From contig NC_086097.1 in assembly GCF_963921235.1 (NCBI RefSeq), forward strand, positions 77,006,001-77,070,000: a DNA stretch of 64,000 nt, given 5' to 3'. The position numbers were made by a program, and so were the translations under genes. The stretch comes from Mobula hypostoma (Eukaryota). Of this stretch, positions 42,590 to 55,185 are shown piece by piece; position 1 is the stretch's first letter; the number at the start of each line of letters is the position of its first letter. The notes below the pieces were generated by a model. That model saw only the letters and a program-made list of their open reading frames with translations. It did no database searches and was not told the origin of the DNA.

Positions 42590-43395
42590 GGAGCAAGAAG
42601 TGAGTTCCTCAAAGAATTCAGAAGGTCAGGCAGCATATGCAGAGGGAAATGCATGTTTTAGGTTTCAATACCCATCATTTGTATTGAAAGAGTAGAAAGA
42701 AGATTGGTAGTATAAACAGGTAAGAGGGAGAGGTAAGGCAAGAACTGACATGTGATAGCTGGATCTAGGTAGAATGGATGTTTGGCAGATAGAAACATAG
42801 AAAACCTACAGCACAATACAGGCCCTTTGGCCCACAAAGTTGGGTCAAACATGTCCCTACCTTAGAAATTACTAGGCTTACCCATAGCCCTCTATTTTTC
42901 TAAACTCGATATACCTATCCAAAAGTCTCTTAAAAGACCCTATTGTATCTGCCTCCACCACCGTTGCCGGCAGCCTATTCCACGTATTCACCACTCTCTC
43001 CGTAAAAAACTTACCCGACATCTCCTCTGTACCTACTCCCAAGCACCTTAAACCTGTGCCCTCTTGTAGCAGCCATTTCAGCCCTGGGAAAAAACCTCTG
43101 ACTATCCACACGATCAATGCATCTCATCATCTTATACACCTCTATCAGGTCACTTCTCATCCTCTGTCGCTCCAAGGAGAAAAGGCCGAGTTCACTCAAC
43201 CTGTTTTCATAAGATAGAATCAAGTCGGGCAGGGGAAATGTAGATATAGTAATGGAGGTTGAGAGGAGACAAGTGAAAGCAACAAAGGGCAGTAGATTAT
43301 ATCTATTTCCTTCCATAGATGCTGCCTGACCTGTTGAGCTCCCTCAGAAACTCATATTTTGCTCCAAATTCCAGCATTTGCAGGTTCTTGCATTT
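42590..43395. mobile_element. Old inverted PLE 3' remnant interrupted by a CR1 3' fragment (about 42789-43212, - strand)
   Basis: PLE-like ends ggtcaggcagcat... and ...atgctgcctgacctgttgag. Internal CR1 peptides LGLFSLERQRMRSDLIEVYK and FFTERVVNTWN. Confidence 0.65.
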
Positions 43396-43845
43396 CCTGT
43401 CTGTCTTCTGAAATGGCTATTCTCCAGACTCAAATACCAAAGAAGTCAGGGAATCAAATAAGAGAGTCATAAGTTGCACATGGACCCTGAATTGGATTGG
43501 GCTTCAACTGAGGCAAGATCCCAGTGCAAACAATACAGCAAAGGACTTATAAATCCAATCCAATTTCACTGCCAGCCTTACTACGATAAAATTGATGAAC
43601 TGGGGGCAAAATAAGCTGTAGGAAGTTGTAAACTCAGTCAGTTCCATTGTGGGCACTAGCCTCTCCAGCATCCAGGACACCTTCAAGGAACAATGCCTTT
43701 AAAAGGCAACTTCCATCATTAAAGAGCCCCTTCACAGGACACGCCCTCTTCTCATTGCTACCATCAGGGAGGTGGTGTGTGTGTGTGTATATATAAATAT
43801 ATACACCTGATTCTGATACAATTTGAAATGTTTGCACAGTCTTAC

Positions 43846-43916
43846 CTGTTTACATGTGGAGACTTCTATTTCCCACTCCTTTTCTTCAGCAAAACGGAAT
43901 TGCGCAAATGAATCAC
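43846..43916 (-). CDS. AVEN: AVEN coding exon ((G)DSFAQFRFAEEKEWEIEVSTCKQ); no upstream exon found in the window
   Basis: ttacag|gt ... cag|gtaaga; 71 nt; GDSFxQFRFAEEKEW motif of Aven. Confidence 0.93.
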
Positions 43917-44402
43917 CTGTAATAAAACAAAGGCATAATTAAGCCTGACAAATACTAGTTACATTTCAATTCACAGAAATCTTTTTCTATCAATCATACA
44001 TGTCAAACAGTAATCACATTCTAAACACAAGAGATTCTGCAGATACTGGAAATACAGAGTAACACACACAGAATGCTGGTGGAACTCAGCAGGTCGACTT
44101 TACGGGCTGAGACCCTTCAGCAGAAATCACATTCTTACTATCTCACATAAATGGGGAATAGAATCATTGATCTTACATAAAATTATATTAAAAAATAATG
44201 ATTTTAAAATATCAGTTGATTATTTTACAAATGTACATAATTATCCTACAATGTTGAAATGTTACCTAAAGCATACAGTACTTTTATATTGAAATTTAAT
44301 TTCAATTTCCAAATTGAAACATTATTTTAAAATTTGAATTCTAAAAGGCACATTAGTACAATCTGGCAAAAAGGTTTTGAAATATTATCTCCTATGAGAA
44401 AG

Positions 44403-44720
44403 TACTTGCATTTTGTACAGCACCTTTCACAGCCACTAAAGTACTTTTGAAATTTAATCATTGCCGCTAATGTGGTCAATCATATATCAAACTCCAATGA
44501 GAGATGATGATATAAACAACCAGATAATCTGTTAATTAATGTTGGTTGAATGTTGGAAAAGTGCCCCATTTGTTACAATATTACCTTGGACTTTTGTTTT
44601 ACATATCCACGGAAGATCCCAGACTAAAATATCATCCAAAATCCAGCACTTTCTAGCAATGCCATATTCTTTCAGTAATATAATTACAGCCAGGATAATG
44701 CATTCATATCTATGGCACAA
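44403..44720 (-). mobile_element. Deu-domain SINE (AmnSINE1/SacSINE1-like), degenerate; a second remnant probably lies at about 1-190
   Basis: acttgcattttgtacagcacctttcacagcc...aagtacttttgaa...accagataatctgtt...atgttggttga matches the reverse complement of the Deu-SINE 3' part as I recall it. Confidence 0.55.
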
Positions 44721-45404
44721 GGCTTGAATTTTATCAGCATATTCACCAGTGAAAATATTCATATTAAGCTATAGTATTTAAAATCATAATGATTATCACT
44801 CAATTTGCCTGCCTAATTTTTGAAATATAAACAGAATTCTAAATTATCATAAAGTATACAACCATCTTCAAATTTAAATGTTGTAGTTATTGCTTGAATG
44901 TTCAGAATAGCTATTAATGAAGGCAGTCCCAAGTTTTCAACAGCATCGATTTACACCTAGATACTTGGGGACAAATTTAATTCCCAATGATTTTTGTTCA
45001 TCAGATTTATGCTATACTGATTACTAAAGCCTATATCACCACAGCCCAGTGGCTTTACACTCAATTGCACAGCTTGTCTTTGGCATAGCTTTAATCGGAT
45101 TCTCACGGACTAGTTTTTGTGCCCCAGCTTTCAGGATTTACAATGCGAAGTCTAGCCTTCTTATCTCAGAAGCAGCTTCGCAGACCTGTGATAAGCTAGT
45201 TCAACAACTATATAGCCAGGGAAGACAGCCAGATTTAATAATTTAAATGCCAGAAGCTGGCCTACAGATACGAGTATCCAAGCAGCACAAACATAAAATA
45301 TCAATTACTTTTAACAGCATATGAAATATCTGTGTACTTACACAAAGGCGAATTTTTTCTTCAGTACCCATTGCTCTGAGCAATAATTCAACAAATAATG
45401 TGAC

Positions 45405-45820
45405 ACTTTGAATAAGCTAGGACTTTATTTCTTGGAACGTAGAAGATTGAGAGGAGATTTGATAGAGGTATACAAAATTATGAGGGGTGTAGATAGGGTA
45501 AATGCAAACAGGCTCTTTCCACCGAGGTTGGGTGGAACTACAAGCACAGGTCATGGGTTAAGGGTGCAAGGTGAAAAGTTTAAGGGGACATGAAGGGAAA
45601 CTTCTTCACTCAGAGGGTTGCGATAATGTGGAACGAGCTGTCAGCATAAGCAGTGTCAGTGAGCTTGATTTCAGCATTTAAGAGAAATCTGGATAGGTAC
45701 ATGGATGGTAGGGGCATGGAGGACTATGGTCCCGGAGCAAGTCGATGGGAGTAGGTAGTTTAAATGGTTTTGAATAGACTAGATGGGCTGAAGGGCCTAT
45801 TTCTGTGCCATACTTTTCTA
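45405..45820 (+). mobile_element. CR1 LINE 3' fragment
   Basis: ORF 45408..45593 (LGLYFLERRRLRGDLIEVYKIMRG) and a 3' tail gggctgaagggcct. Confidence 0.8.
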
Positions 45821-46474
45821 AACCTGCCCACAATGCTAAATTCATTCAAATCATCAAGGTGTCCATTCTAGATAGTGCTGCTTACTTTCCACCTGCTTTG
45901 TTAAGGTAGAGTGACCTTTCTAAGTCCACCCAGGAAATAGCACTGTAACACGTTCAGTTCCAGTTCACACACAAAAGTGTTCCGCTTTAGTGTGGCAGTG
46001 GTGTGTTACCAAAACTAACAAAATCTTAACAGTCATACAATTGATTGTCATCAGGTCTGGAACTGTTCACCTGTTTTTGACATCAAGATGAAGAGAAGCA
46101 AAGATCAGAGGGAAAGGAGAGATAGAAGGACAGACTGGGGCGGGGGAAGAGGAAGATTTGCAAAGGGTGAGGCAGCACAAAAAGAAAGGGTAGCAAATGT
46201 CTGAAAGTTTCTGACAACTCCCCCACTCTTAGCTGTGTGGAGGCCATTTAATTAGAGAAATTTAAGGTGGAAATAAATATTTGAAAAAATATCGCCTACA
46301 CACACAGTTGGAGAAAATAAGGTAAACAGCGGGCCGTCATCATACTATTCTCAACAATTCCTTCTTTCCCTTCAGCGTATGTTACCATTACGCAAAAAAA
46401 AAAGCTGAGACTAATTATTCCAGCAGCAAATTGTAGAGAGGAGACTCCAAGAACAAACGGTGGCCTGCAGAATT

Positions 46475-49020
46475 ATAGTCATAGAGTCATAAAACACTAC
46501 AGCATACAAACAGGCCCTTCAGGCCATCTAGTTCATCCCATCGACCTGCACCCAGACCACGGCCCTCCGTACCCTTCCCATCCATGGAATTGAATAGAAA
46601 TCCAAATTTCTCTTCTATGTTGATATCAAACTCACACCCACCACTCTCACCACTCTGAGTGAAGACTTCCTCCTCATATCTTATTTACATCTTTCCTGTA
46701 GGTAGGTGACCAAAACTGCACACAGCATTCCAATCTAGGCCTCACCAACATCTTGTACAATTTTAACATAACATTCCAACTCCTGTATTCAATACATTGA
46801 TTTATGAAGGCCAATGTGCTAAAAGCTTTCTTTATGAACCTATCTATCCGTGGAATTAGGGATCTGCATGCACAGATTTCTCTGTTCTACTGCACTCTTC
46901 AGTGCCCCATCGCTCACCGTATAAGACCTGTCCTAGCTTGACCTCCCAAAGCACAAGATCTCACACTTGCCTGCATTAAGTTCCCATTTTTCTGCCCATA
47001 TTTCCAGCTGGTCCAGATTCTGCTGTGTGCTTTAATAGTCTTCCTCACTACACCCCCCATCTTGGTGCCATCCACAAATTTGTTGATCCAGTTTACCACC
47101 TTATCACCCAGACGATCGATATAGATGACAAACAACAACGGAACCAGCAACAATTCCTGCAGCACACCACTATTCATTCACAGGTCTCCAGTTAGAGAGG
47201 CAACCATCTACAACCACTCTCTGGCTTCTTCTGCAAAGCCAATGTCTAATCACATTTACTACCTCCTCTTCAATGCCAAACAACTGAGCCTGCTTGACTA
47301 ACCCCATGTGGGACCTTGTCCATGTAAACAATACCTACTGTCTTGTCTTCGTCAACTTTCCAGGTAACTTCTTTGAAAAACTCTCTAAAATTGGTTAGAT
47401 ATGATTTACCACACACAAAGCCATGTTGACTAACCCGAATCAGTCCCATATTCTAATGGAGGTATTCTAAGGGACTGGAGGTATAAGTTTTAAATACTTA
47501 TATATCCGGTCCCTTAGAATACCTTCCAATAACTTTCCCACTACTGATGTCAGGCTCACCGATCTATATCTTCCTGGGTTCTTCTTAAAAGCCTTTCTTA
47601 AACAATGGAACAACTATCCTCCAATCCTCCGGCACCTCACACATGGCTTAAGATGTGCAATTTCTGCACTAATCTTCCACGGGGTCCAAGGGAACACCTT
47701 GTCAGGTCCTGGAGATTTATCCACCCTAATTTGTTAAAAGACAGCAAACACCTTCTCCTCTGTAATCTGTATGGTGTCAACTACTTCACTGCTGCATTGC
47801 TTCACATCTATAGACTGTGTCTATTTCCCAAGTAAATACAATGCAAAAGATCTCCCCATCTCTTTTGGCTTCATGCATAGGTTACTAGTCTTATCTTCCA
47901 GAGGACCAACTGTGTCCCTTGATATCCTTTTGACCTAATGTATCTGAAGAAGCCCTTAGCATTCTCCTTCACATTGTCTGCTAGAGCAACCCCATGTCTC
48001 CTTTTATCTCTCCTGATTTTCTTAAGTGTTCTCTTGCATTTCTTATACTCAAGTACCTCACTTGTTCCTACCTGCCTTTACCTGCTTTCCACCTCCTTCT
48101 TTTCCTTAACCACGGCTTCAATATCTCTCGAAAACCAAGGTTCCCTACACCTATTCTCCTTGCCTTTTATTCTGACAGGATCATATAAACTCTGTACCCT
48201 CAAAATTTCACTTTTGAAGGTCTCCCACTTACCAAGTACACCTTCGCCTGAAAACAGTCTGTCCCAATCCTTCTCCATAATTATCTTGAAATTAATGGCG
48301 TTATGATCACTAGATGCAAGGTGATTCCCCTTCATGACACAATGGTGACACAAACTTCCATCACCTGCCCTGTCTCATTCCCTAATAGGAGATCAAGTAT
48401 CCCCCCTCTCTCTAGTTGGGACTTCTATGTACTGATTAAGGAAGCTTTCCTGAACACATTTGACAAACTCCTTCCCATATAGCCCTTTTACAGTATGGGA
48501 CTTTCAGTCAATATGTGGAAAGTTAAAATCACCAACCATCACAACTTTATGTTTCTTGCAACAGTCTGTGATCTCTCTACAAATTTGTTCCTCTAAATCT
48601 CGCGGACTGTTGGGTGGTCTTTAATATAATCTCATAAACATGGTCATACCATTTTTATTCCTCAGTTCTACAAATGAGGCCTTACTAGACAAGTTTGCCA
48701 GTCTGTCATGACATTTTCCCCGACTAGTAAGATCACTCCTCTTGCTCTACCATGTCTAAAACAACAGAACTCTGAAGCATTGAGCTGCCAGTGCTGCCCT
48801 TCCTGCAACCCTCACTAATGGCTACAATGTCATAATTCCACGTGCTGATCCATGCCCCAAATGCATCGTCTTTCCTACAATACCCCTTCTGTTGAAATAT
48901 ATGCAGCTGTGAACGTTAGTCCCACTGTGCTCAACGCTTTGATTCCTGACCTTGTATGTAGGCTTATCAACCACTCCACTAGTTCTGGTGCTCTGTTTCC
49001 CATCCCTTTGCAATTCTAGT
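46475..49020 (-). mobile_element. CR1 LINE, decayed, with internal deletions
   Basis: Fragments SSDHNAINFKIIMEKD, PLLFVIYID...WINKFVD, CIYFN; tail catagagtcata. Confidence 0.8.
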
Positions 49021-49094
49021 TCTATAAACGCCCTGCAGGTCAGGCCATGTTGAGGGGGAGAGGGAGGGGGAGAGGGAGAGGTTAATACTGAGAT

Positions 49095-49640
49095 GAGGAA
49101 CTATGCCACTCCTCATCCCATTCCCACTCTGGTCTCTCGGTTTTTGATTTCCTGTACTGTTACAATGAAGCCCAACGCAAGGCTTGAGGAACACCTCTGG
49201 GTACTTTGCTGCCTTGTAGCCTCAATAATGAATTCATTTACTTCAGGTAACTTGATTTCCCTGTCTGCATCAGTCATGCAGCTGGAATAATATCTCAGCT
49301 TTTTTCCCCCTTTCTTCCTCTCTCTGGGAGTGGAGAACATCCCCAGCCTGACCTGCTGGGCTCCTGCTCTGCATTTCACTTTTGGAAAATGTTCTCACAC
49401 TCTAACCTCCCATCCACTCATTGCGCAGCTAACCTTATTTACAGCTGATCACGTTGTCAGTGACATTCTTTCTCCCCAACCCTCCCTGTAGCTCTAAAAG
49501 CTATTTTGTCTCCTTCCCAGTTCTGACGGACACCGCTTCAAGGGTCTAAAACGTTGACCCTGTTTCTCTATCCATATTTGTGGCCTGACCTGCTGGGTAT
49601 TTCTGGCATTTTATGCTTTTGATTTAGATTTCCAGCAACT
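49095..49640 (+). mobile_element. Old PLE remnant
   Basis: cactcctcatcccattcccactct...aggcttgaggaacacctc (RLEEH-like), a degenerate ctgacg...aaaacgttgac core, and a tail cctgacctgctg...agatttccagca. Confidence 0.5.
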
Positions 49641-50354
49641 GGAGTTATTTGATTTTCTTACAAATTATGTTTGCTTTTGAGATTTGTAGAATATTCTTGC
49701 ATTTTCTATACTGGCAAGTCATCAATTTCAAGAAAAGTTTCTTGACTCATATTACAAGGAAAGGTCAAGAGCCAGGAAAGGTCAACACCACTATGTTCCT
49801 ACTTAATCATTTTCATATTTTTGATAATATATATAGAACACAGATTAGATATATTGAACATAGCAACCTCACAACATTGGTTGGCGGATTGGTGTCTTCT
49901 TTTTATGGAAGCTTGTATGGCATATAGCTCCAGGTTTACATTCCAAATGGGTTTTTTTTCCCTTTTTTTTGTTATCAGGGTTTTTTTTTCTATTCTAGTT
50001 AGTAGGAGTTCTTTTTTTTTCTTTCTTTCCTTTCTTCCATTAAAAAAAAGCTTTAACTGTTTTTTATTATTATTGATATACTGTTCAGCTTGGTTGATAG
50101 TTTAACTCTTATTCTACATTTAGATATGTCTTGATTATTTTGATGCATTTTTCTCTGTTGTTGATTTTCAATAGTAATTAATAAAATGATTTAAAAAGAA
50201 AAAGAAATGCCTCTTAAACCCTGCTATCATATCTGCTTTCACCACCTTTCCAAGCAGCATGTTAGAGACACCTACCACTTACTGCACTAAAAAAAATTGC
50301 TTCAGAAAACACTCTAAAATTTCCCCCTCTCATCTAAAAGTGATGCCCTCTAGT

Positions 50355-51652
50355 AATATACATCAAAGTTGCTGGTGAACGCAGCAGGCCAAGCAGCATC
50401 TATAGGAAGAGGCGCAGTCGACGTTTCAGGCCGAGACCCTTCGTCAGGACTAACTGAAGGAAGAGTGAGTAAGGGATTTGAAAGCTGGAGGGGGAGGGGG
50501 AGATGCAAAATGATAGGAGAAGACAGGAGGGGGAGGGATAGAGCCGAGAGCTGGACAGGTGATAGGCAAAAGGGGATACGAGAGGATCATGGGACAGGAG
50601 GCCTAGGGAGAAAGACGGGGGGGGGGTGACCCAGAGGATGGGTAAGAGGTATATTCAGAGGGACAGAGGGAGAAAAAGGAGAGTGAGAGAAAGAATGTGT
50701 GCATAAAAATGAGTAACAGCTGGGGTACGAGGGGGAGGTGGGGCCTAGCGGAAGTTAGAGAAGTCAATGTTCATGCCATCAGGTTGGAGGCTACCCAGAT
50801 GGAATATAAGGTGTTGTTCCTCCAACCTGAGTGTGGCTTCATCTTTACAGTAGAGGAGGCCGTGGATAGACATGTCAGAATGGGAATGGGATGTGGAATT
50901 AAAATGTGTGGCCACTGGGAGATCCTGCTTTCTCTGGCGGACAGAGCGTAGATGTTCAGCAAAGCGGTCTCCCAGTCTGCGTCGGGTCTCACCAATATAT
51001 AAAAGGCCACATCGGGAGCACCGGACGCAGTATATCACCCCAGTCGACTCACAGGTGAAGTGATGCCTCACCTGGAAGGACTGTTTGGGGCCCTGAATGG
51101 TGGTAAGGGAGGAAGTGTAAGGGCATGTGTAGCACTTGTTCCACTTACACGGATAAGTGCCAGGAGGGAGATCAGTGGGGAGGGATGGGGGGGACGAATG
51201 GACAAGGGAGTTGTGTAGGGAGCGATCCCTGCGGAATGCAGAGAGAGGGGGGGGAGGGAAAGATGTGCTTAGTGGTGGGATCCCGTTGGAGGTGGCGGAA
51301 GTTACGGAGAATAATATGTTGGACCCGGAGGCTGGTGGGGTGGTAGGTGAGGACCAGGGGAACCCTATTCCTAGTGGGGTGGTGGGAGGATGGAGTGAGA
51401 GCAGATGTACGTGAAATGGAGGAGATGCGTTTAAGAGCAGAGTTGATAGTGGAGGAAGGGAAGCCCCTTTCTTTAAAAAATGAAGACATCTCCCTCGTCC
51501 TAGAATGAAAAGCCTCATCCTGAGAGCAGATGCGGCGGAGACGGAGGAATTGCGAGAAGGGGATGGCGTTTTTGCAAGAGACAGGGTGAGAAGAGGAATA
51601 GTCCAGATAGCTGTGAGAGTCAGTAGGCTTATAGTAGATATCAGTGGATAAG
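50355..51652 (-). mobile_element. Neptune-type Penelope-like element, 5'-truncated (RT thumb, Zn-finger linker, GIY-YIG endonuclease, 3' UTR with hammerhead)
   Basis: STDIYYKPTDSHSYLDYSSSHP (ORF 51172..51768). Frameshift in the G-run 51247-51254 into CKWNKCYTC...GVIYCVRCSRCGLLYIGETRRRLGDRFAEH...LEEQHLIF (ORF 50745..51701). Confidence 0.92.
50416..50451 (-). ncRNA. Minimal type I hammerhead ribozyme motif (intact core)
   Basis: agtc-CTGACGA-agg gtctcgg cct-GAAAC-GTC-gact: stem I agtc/gact, stem II agg/cct, self-complementary ACGT in place of stem III. Confidence 0.75.
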
Positions 51653-51720
51653 TGCTTCCTTTCTGTAACATGACAAGAGGACTGCACACAATATTCCACA
51701 CGCAGCCTAAGTTTTATACA

Positions 51721-51823
51721 AGCAACACACATAAAAATTACTGGTGAATGCAGCAGGCCAGGCAGCATCTATAGGAAGAGATACAGTCGACGTTTTGGGC
51801 CGAGACCCTTCGTCAGGACTAAC
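51721..51823 (-). mobile_element. PLE 3' mini-copy (hammerhead GAAA mutated to AAAA)
   Basis: 7-bp flanking repeat ttataca at 51714-51720 and 51824-51830. Confidence 0.75.
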
Positions 51824-52002
51824 TTATACATTTGCATTAGATTATATACGGCAAATGAAAGATTCTTGGAGTACATAGAAGCCTAGATAATCCAAAAGGC
51901 ACAGTTAATCACACCTCATAAAGGATATAATGTTGAGAAATCTTATCCAAACAGAATATGATCGAACCACCCTCAGATTTCAAATGAACTGAAGTGTTTC
52001 AG

Positions 52003-52416
52003 ACCTCCACGAGGACCACAACCTTGTCGCGGTTTGGAGGCTTGCATACCTCAGTGAACTATGCTGGGTGGAGTCAGGGTCTTATGCTTTGGCTCTTGCT
52101 AGAATCACCCATGCCAAACAGGTCAAAGGGTACAGGCCAGACTGAGAGGTCCACCAGACCTTCAGGGGTGGGAGTTCAGCTTGGGGTTAACAACCCTGAC
52201 CAGTAAAACAACACTGTTATGGAAACAGCAATGAAGGATGCTCCTACATCTGAGTGCGACCGTATTCCTGAGTCTCCGCCTGGAATTTGCACGACTAACA
52301 GTAGTGAAAACCGAGAGGAAGCTACTGACACGATAAAGGAAATCCTGAACACCACCAGAGATGGGAGAACCTTCATTGTTACCCTAAACACCAGTGGCAT
52401 AATGGGCAGTAAGTAG
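52003..52416 (+). mobile_element. RTE-derived non-autonomous/SINE-like element
   Basis: 5' part ccacaaccttgtcgcggtttggaggcttgc resembles RTE/BovB 5' UTRs as I recall them; 3' end gggcagtaagta. Confidence 0.5.
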
Positions 52417-55047
52417 GAAGTGTTTCAGAGGGCATTTCTCTAAACAATTCCTGCTGTACCAATGACATAGCAAGGAAGAGTGAGGAGGTCCTGGACAGTG
52501 AGTATAGAGAGCTTGGTAGGAAGTTGAAAAGCAGGACCTCGAGGGTGGTAATCTCAGGATTGCTACCTGTGCTAGGTGCCAGTGAGGGTAGGAATAGGAT
52601 GCTCTGGAGGAGGAACAAGTGGCTGAGGAACTGGTGTAGGGGGCAGGGTTTCAGATTTCAGGATAATTGGGACCTCTTCTGGGGCAGGTGGGACCTGTAC
52701 AAGAGAGACAGGTTACACTTGAACTACAGGGGGACCAATATCCTTTCAGGGAGGTTTGTTAATGCTATTAGGGGGGCTTTAAACTAGATTTGCAGGGGGA
52801 TGGGAACCACAGTACCAGAGCTGACAGTGTGGCTGGGGTGAAAATAAATGATGTTAAAAGTTCAAGCAAATCCGCTAATAGAAAGGTTGTGAGTGGTGGT
52901 AAAAACCTTCTGAGGTGTATATATTTCAATGCTAGGAGTATTGCGGGGAAGGCGGATGAGTTGAGGGCGTGGATTGTCACGTGGAATTATGACGTTGTAG
53001 CAATTAGTGAAACTTGGCTACAGGAGGGGCAGGACTGGCAGCTTAATATTCCAGGGTTCCGATGTTTCAGATGTGATCGAGGCAGAGGAATGAAAGGTGG
53101 GGGAGTGGCATTGCTTGTTAGGGAAAATATTACAGCAGTGCTTAGGCAGGACAGATTAGAGGGCTTGTTTACTGAGTCCTTGTGGGTGGAGCTGAGAAAC
53201 AGGAAAGGTATGGCCACATTAGTGGGATTGTATTACAGACCACCCAATAGTCAAAGAGAATTGGAAGTGCAAACCTGCAGAGAGATAGCAGGCAACTGCA
53301 GGAAACATAAAGTTGTGGTGGTAGGGGATTTTAATTTTCCATATATTGATTGGGTCTCCCATACTGTTAGGGGTCTAGATGGTTTAGAGTTTGTAAAATG
53401 TGTTCAGGAAAGTTTTCTAAATCAATATACAGAGGGACCAACTAGAGGGGATGCAATATTGGATCTCCTGTTAGGAAACGAGTTAAGACAAGTGACAGAA
53501 GTCTATGTAGGGGAGCACTTTGGTTCCAGTGATCATAACACCATTAGTTTCAACTTGATCATGGACAAGGATAGATCTGGTCCTAGGGTTGAGGTTCTTA
53601 ACTGGAAGAAGGCCAAATTTGAAGAAATGAGAAAGGATCTAAAAAGCGTGGATTGGGACAAGTTGTTCTCTGGCATGGATGTGATCGGTAGGTGGGAAGC
53701 CTTCAAAGCAGAAATTTTGAGAGTGCAGAATTTGTATGTTCCTGTCAGGATTAAAGGCAAGCTGAATAGGAATAAGGAACCTTGGTTCTCAAGGGATATT
53801 GCAACTCTGATAAAGAAGAAGAGGGAGTTGTATGACGTGTATAGGAAGCAGGGAGTAAATAAGGTGCTTGAGGAGTATAAGAGGTGCAAGAAAATACTTA
53901 AGAAAGAAATCAGGAGGGCTAAAAGAAGACATGAGGTTGCCTTGGCAGTCAAAGTGAAGGATAATCCAAAGAGCTTTTACAGGTATATTAAGAGCAAAAG
54001 GATTGTAAGGGATAAAATTGGTCCTCTTGAAGATCAGAGTGGTCGGCTATGTGCGGAACCAAAGGAAATGGGGGAGATCTTAAATAGGTTTTTTGCGTCT
54101 GTGTTTACTAAGGAAACTGGCATGAAGTCTATGGAATTAAGGGAAACAAGTAGTGAGATCATGGAAACTGTACAGATCGAAAAGGAGGAGGTCCTTGCTG
54201 TCTTGAGGAAAATTAAAGTGGATAAATCTCCGGGACCTGACAGAGTGTTCCCTCGGACCTTGACGGAGACTAGTGTTGAAATTGCAGGGGCCCTGGCTGA
54301 AATATTTAAAATGTCACTGTCTACAGGTGAGGTGCCAGAGGATTGGAGAGTGGCTCATGTTGTTCCGTTGTTTAAAAAAGGATCGAAAAGTAATCCGGGA
54401 AATTATAGGCCAGTAAGTTTAACGTCGGTAGTAGGTAAGTTATTGGAGGGAGTACTAAGAGACAGAATCTACAAGCATTTGGATAGACTGGGACTTATTA
54501 GGGAGAGTCAACATGGCTTTGTGCGTGGTAGGTCATGTTTGACCAATCTATTGAAGTTTTTCGAGGAGGTTACCAGGAAAGTGGATGAAGGGAAGGCAGT
54601 GGATATTGTCTACATGGACTTCAGTAAGGCCTTTGACAAGGTCCCGCATGGGAGGTTAGTTAGGAAAATTCAGTTGTTAGGTATACATGGAGAGGTGGTA
54701 AATTGGATTAGACATTGGCTCGATGGAAGAAGCCAGAGAGTGGTGGTAGAGAATTGCTTCTCTGAGTGGAGGCCTGTGACTAGTGGTGTGCCACAGGGAT
54801 CAGTGCTGGGTCCATTGTTATTTGTCATCTATATCAATGATCTGGATGATAATGTGGTAAATTGGATCAGCAAGTTTGCTGATGAAACAAAGATTAGAGG
54901 TGTAGTAGACAGTGAGGAAGGTTTTCAGAGCCTGCAGAGGGACTTGGACCAGCTAGAAAAATGGGCTAAAAAATGGCAGATGGAGTTTAATACTGACAAG
55001 TGTGAGGTATTACACGTTGGAAGGACAAACCAACGTAGAACATACAG

Positions 55048-55185
55048 TTAGTCCTGACGAAGGGTCTCGGCCTGAAACGTCGACTGTACCTCTTCCTAGA
55101 GATGCTGCCTGGCCTGCTGCGTTCACCAGCAACTTTTATGTGTGTTGCTTGAATTTCCAGCATCTGCAGAATTCCTGTTGTTTGC
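55048..55185 (+). mobile_element. PLE 3' mini-copy inside CR1 ORF2
   Basis: 13-bp TSD gtag(a/g)acatacag at 55035-55047 and 55186-55198. Confidence 0.88.
55050..55085 (+). ncRNA. Minimal type I hammerhead ribozyme motif (intact core)
   Basis: agtc-CTGACGA(55054-55060)-agg gtctcgg cct-GAAAC-GTC-gact; predicted cleavage after 55081. Confidence 0.75.
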
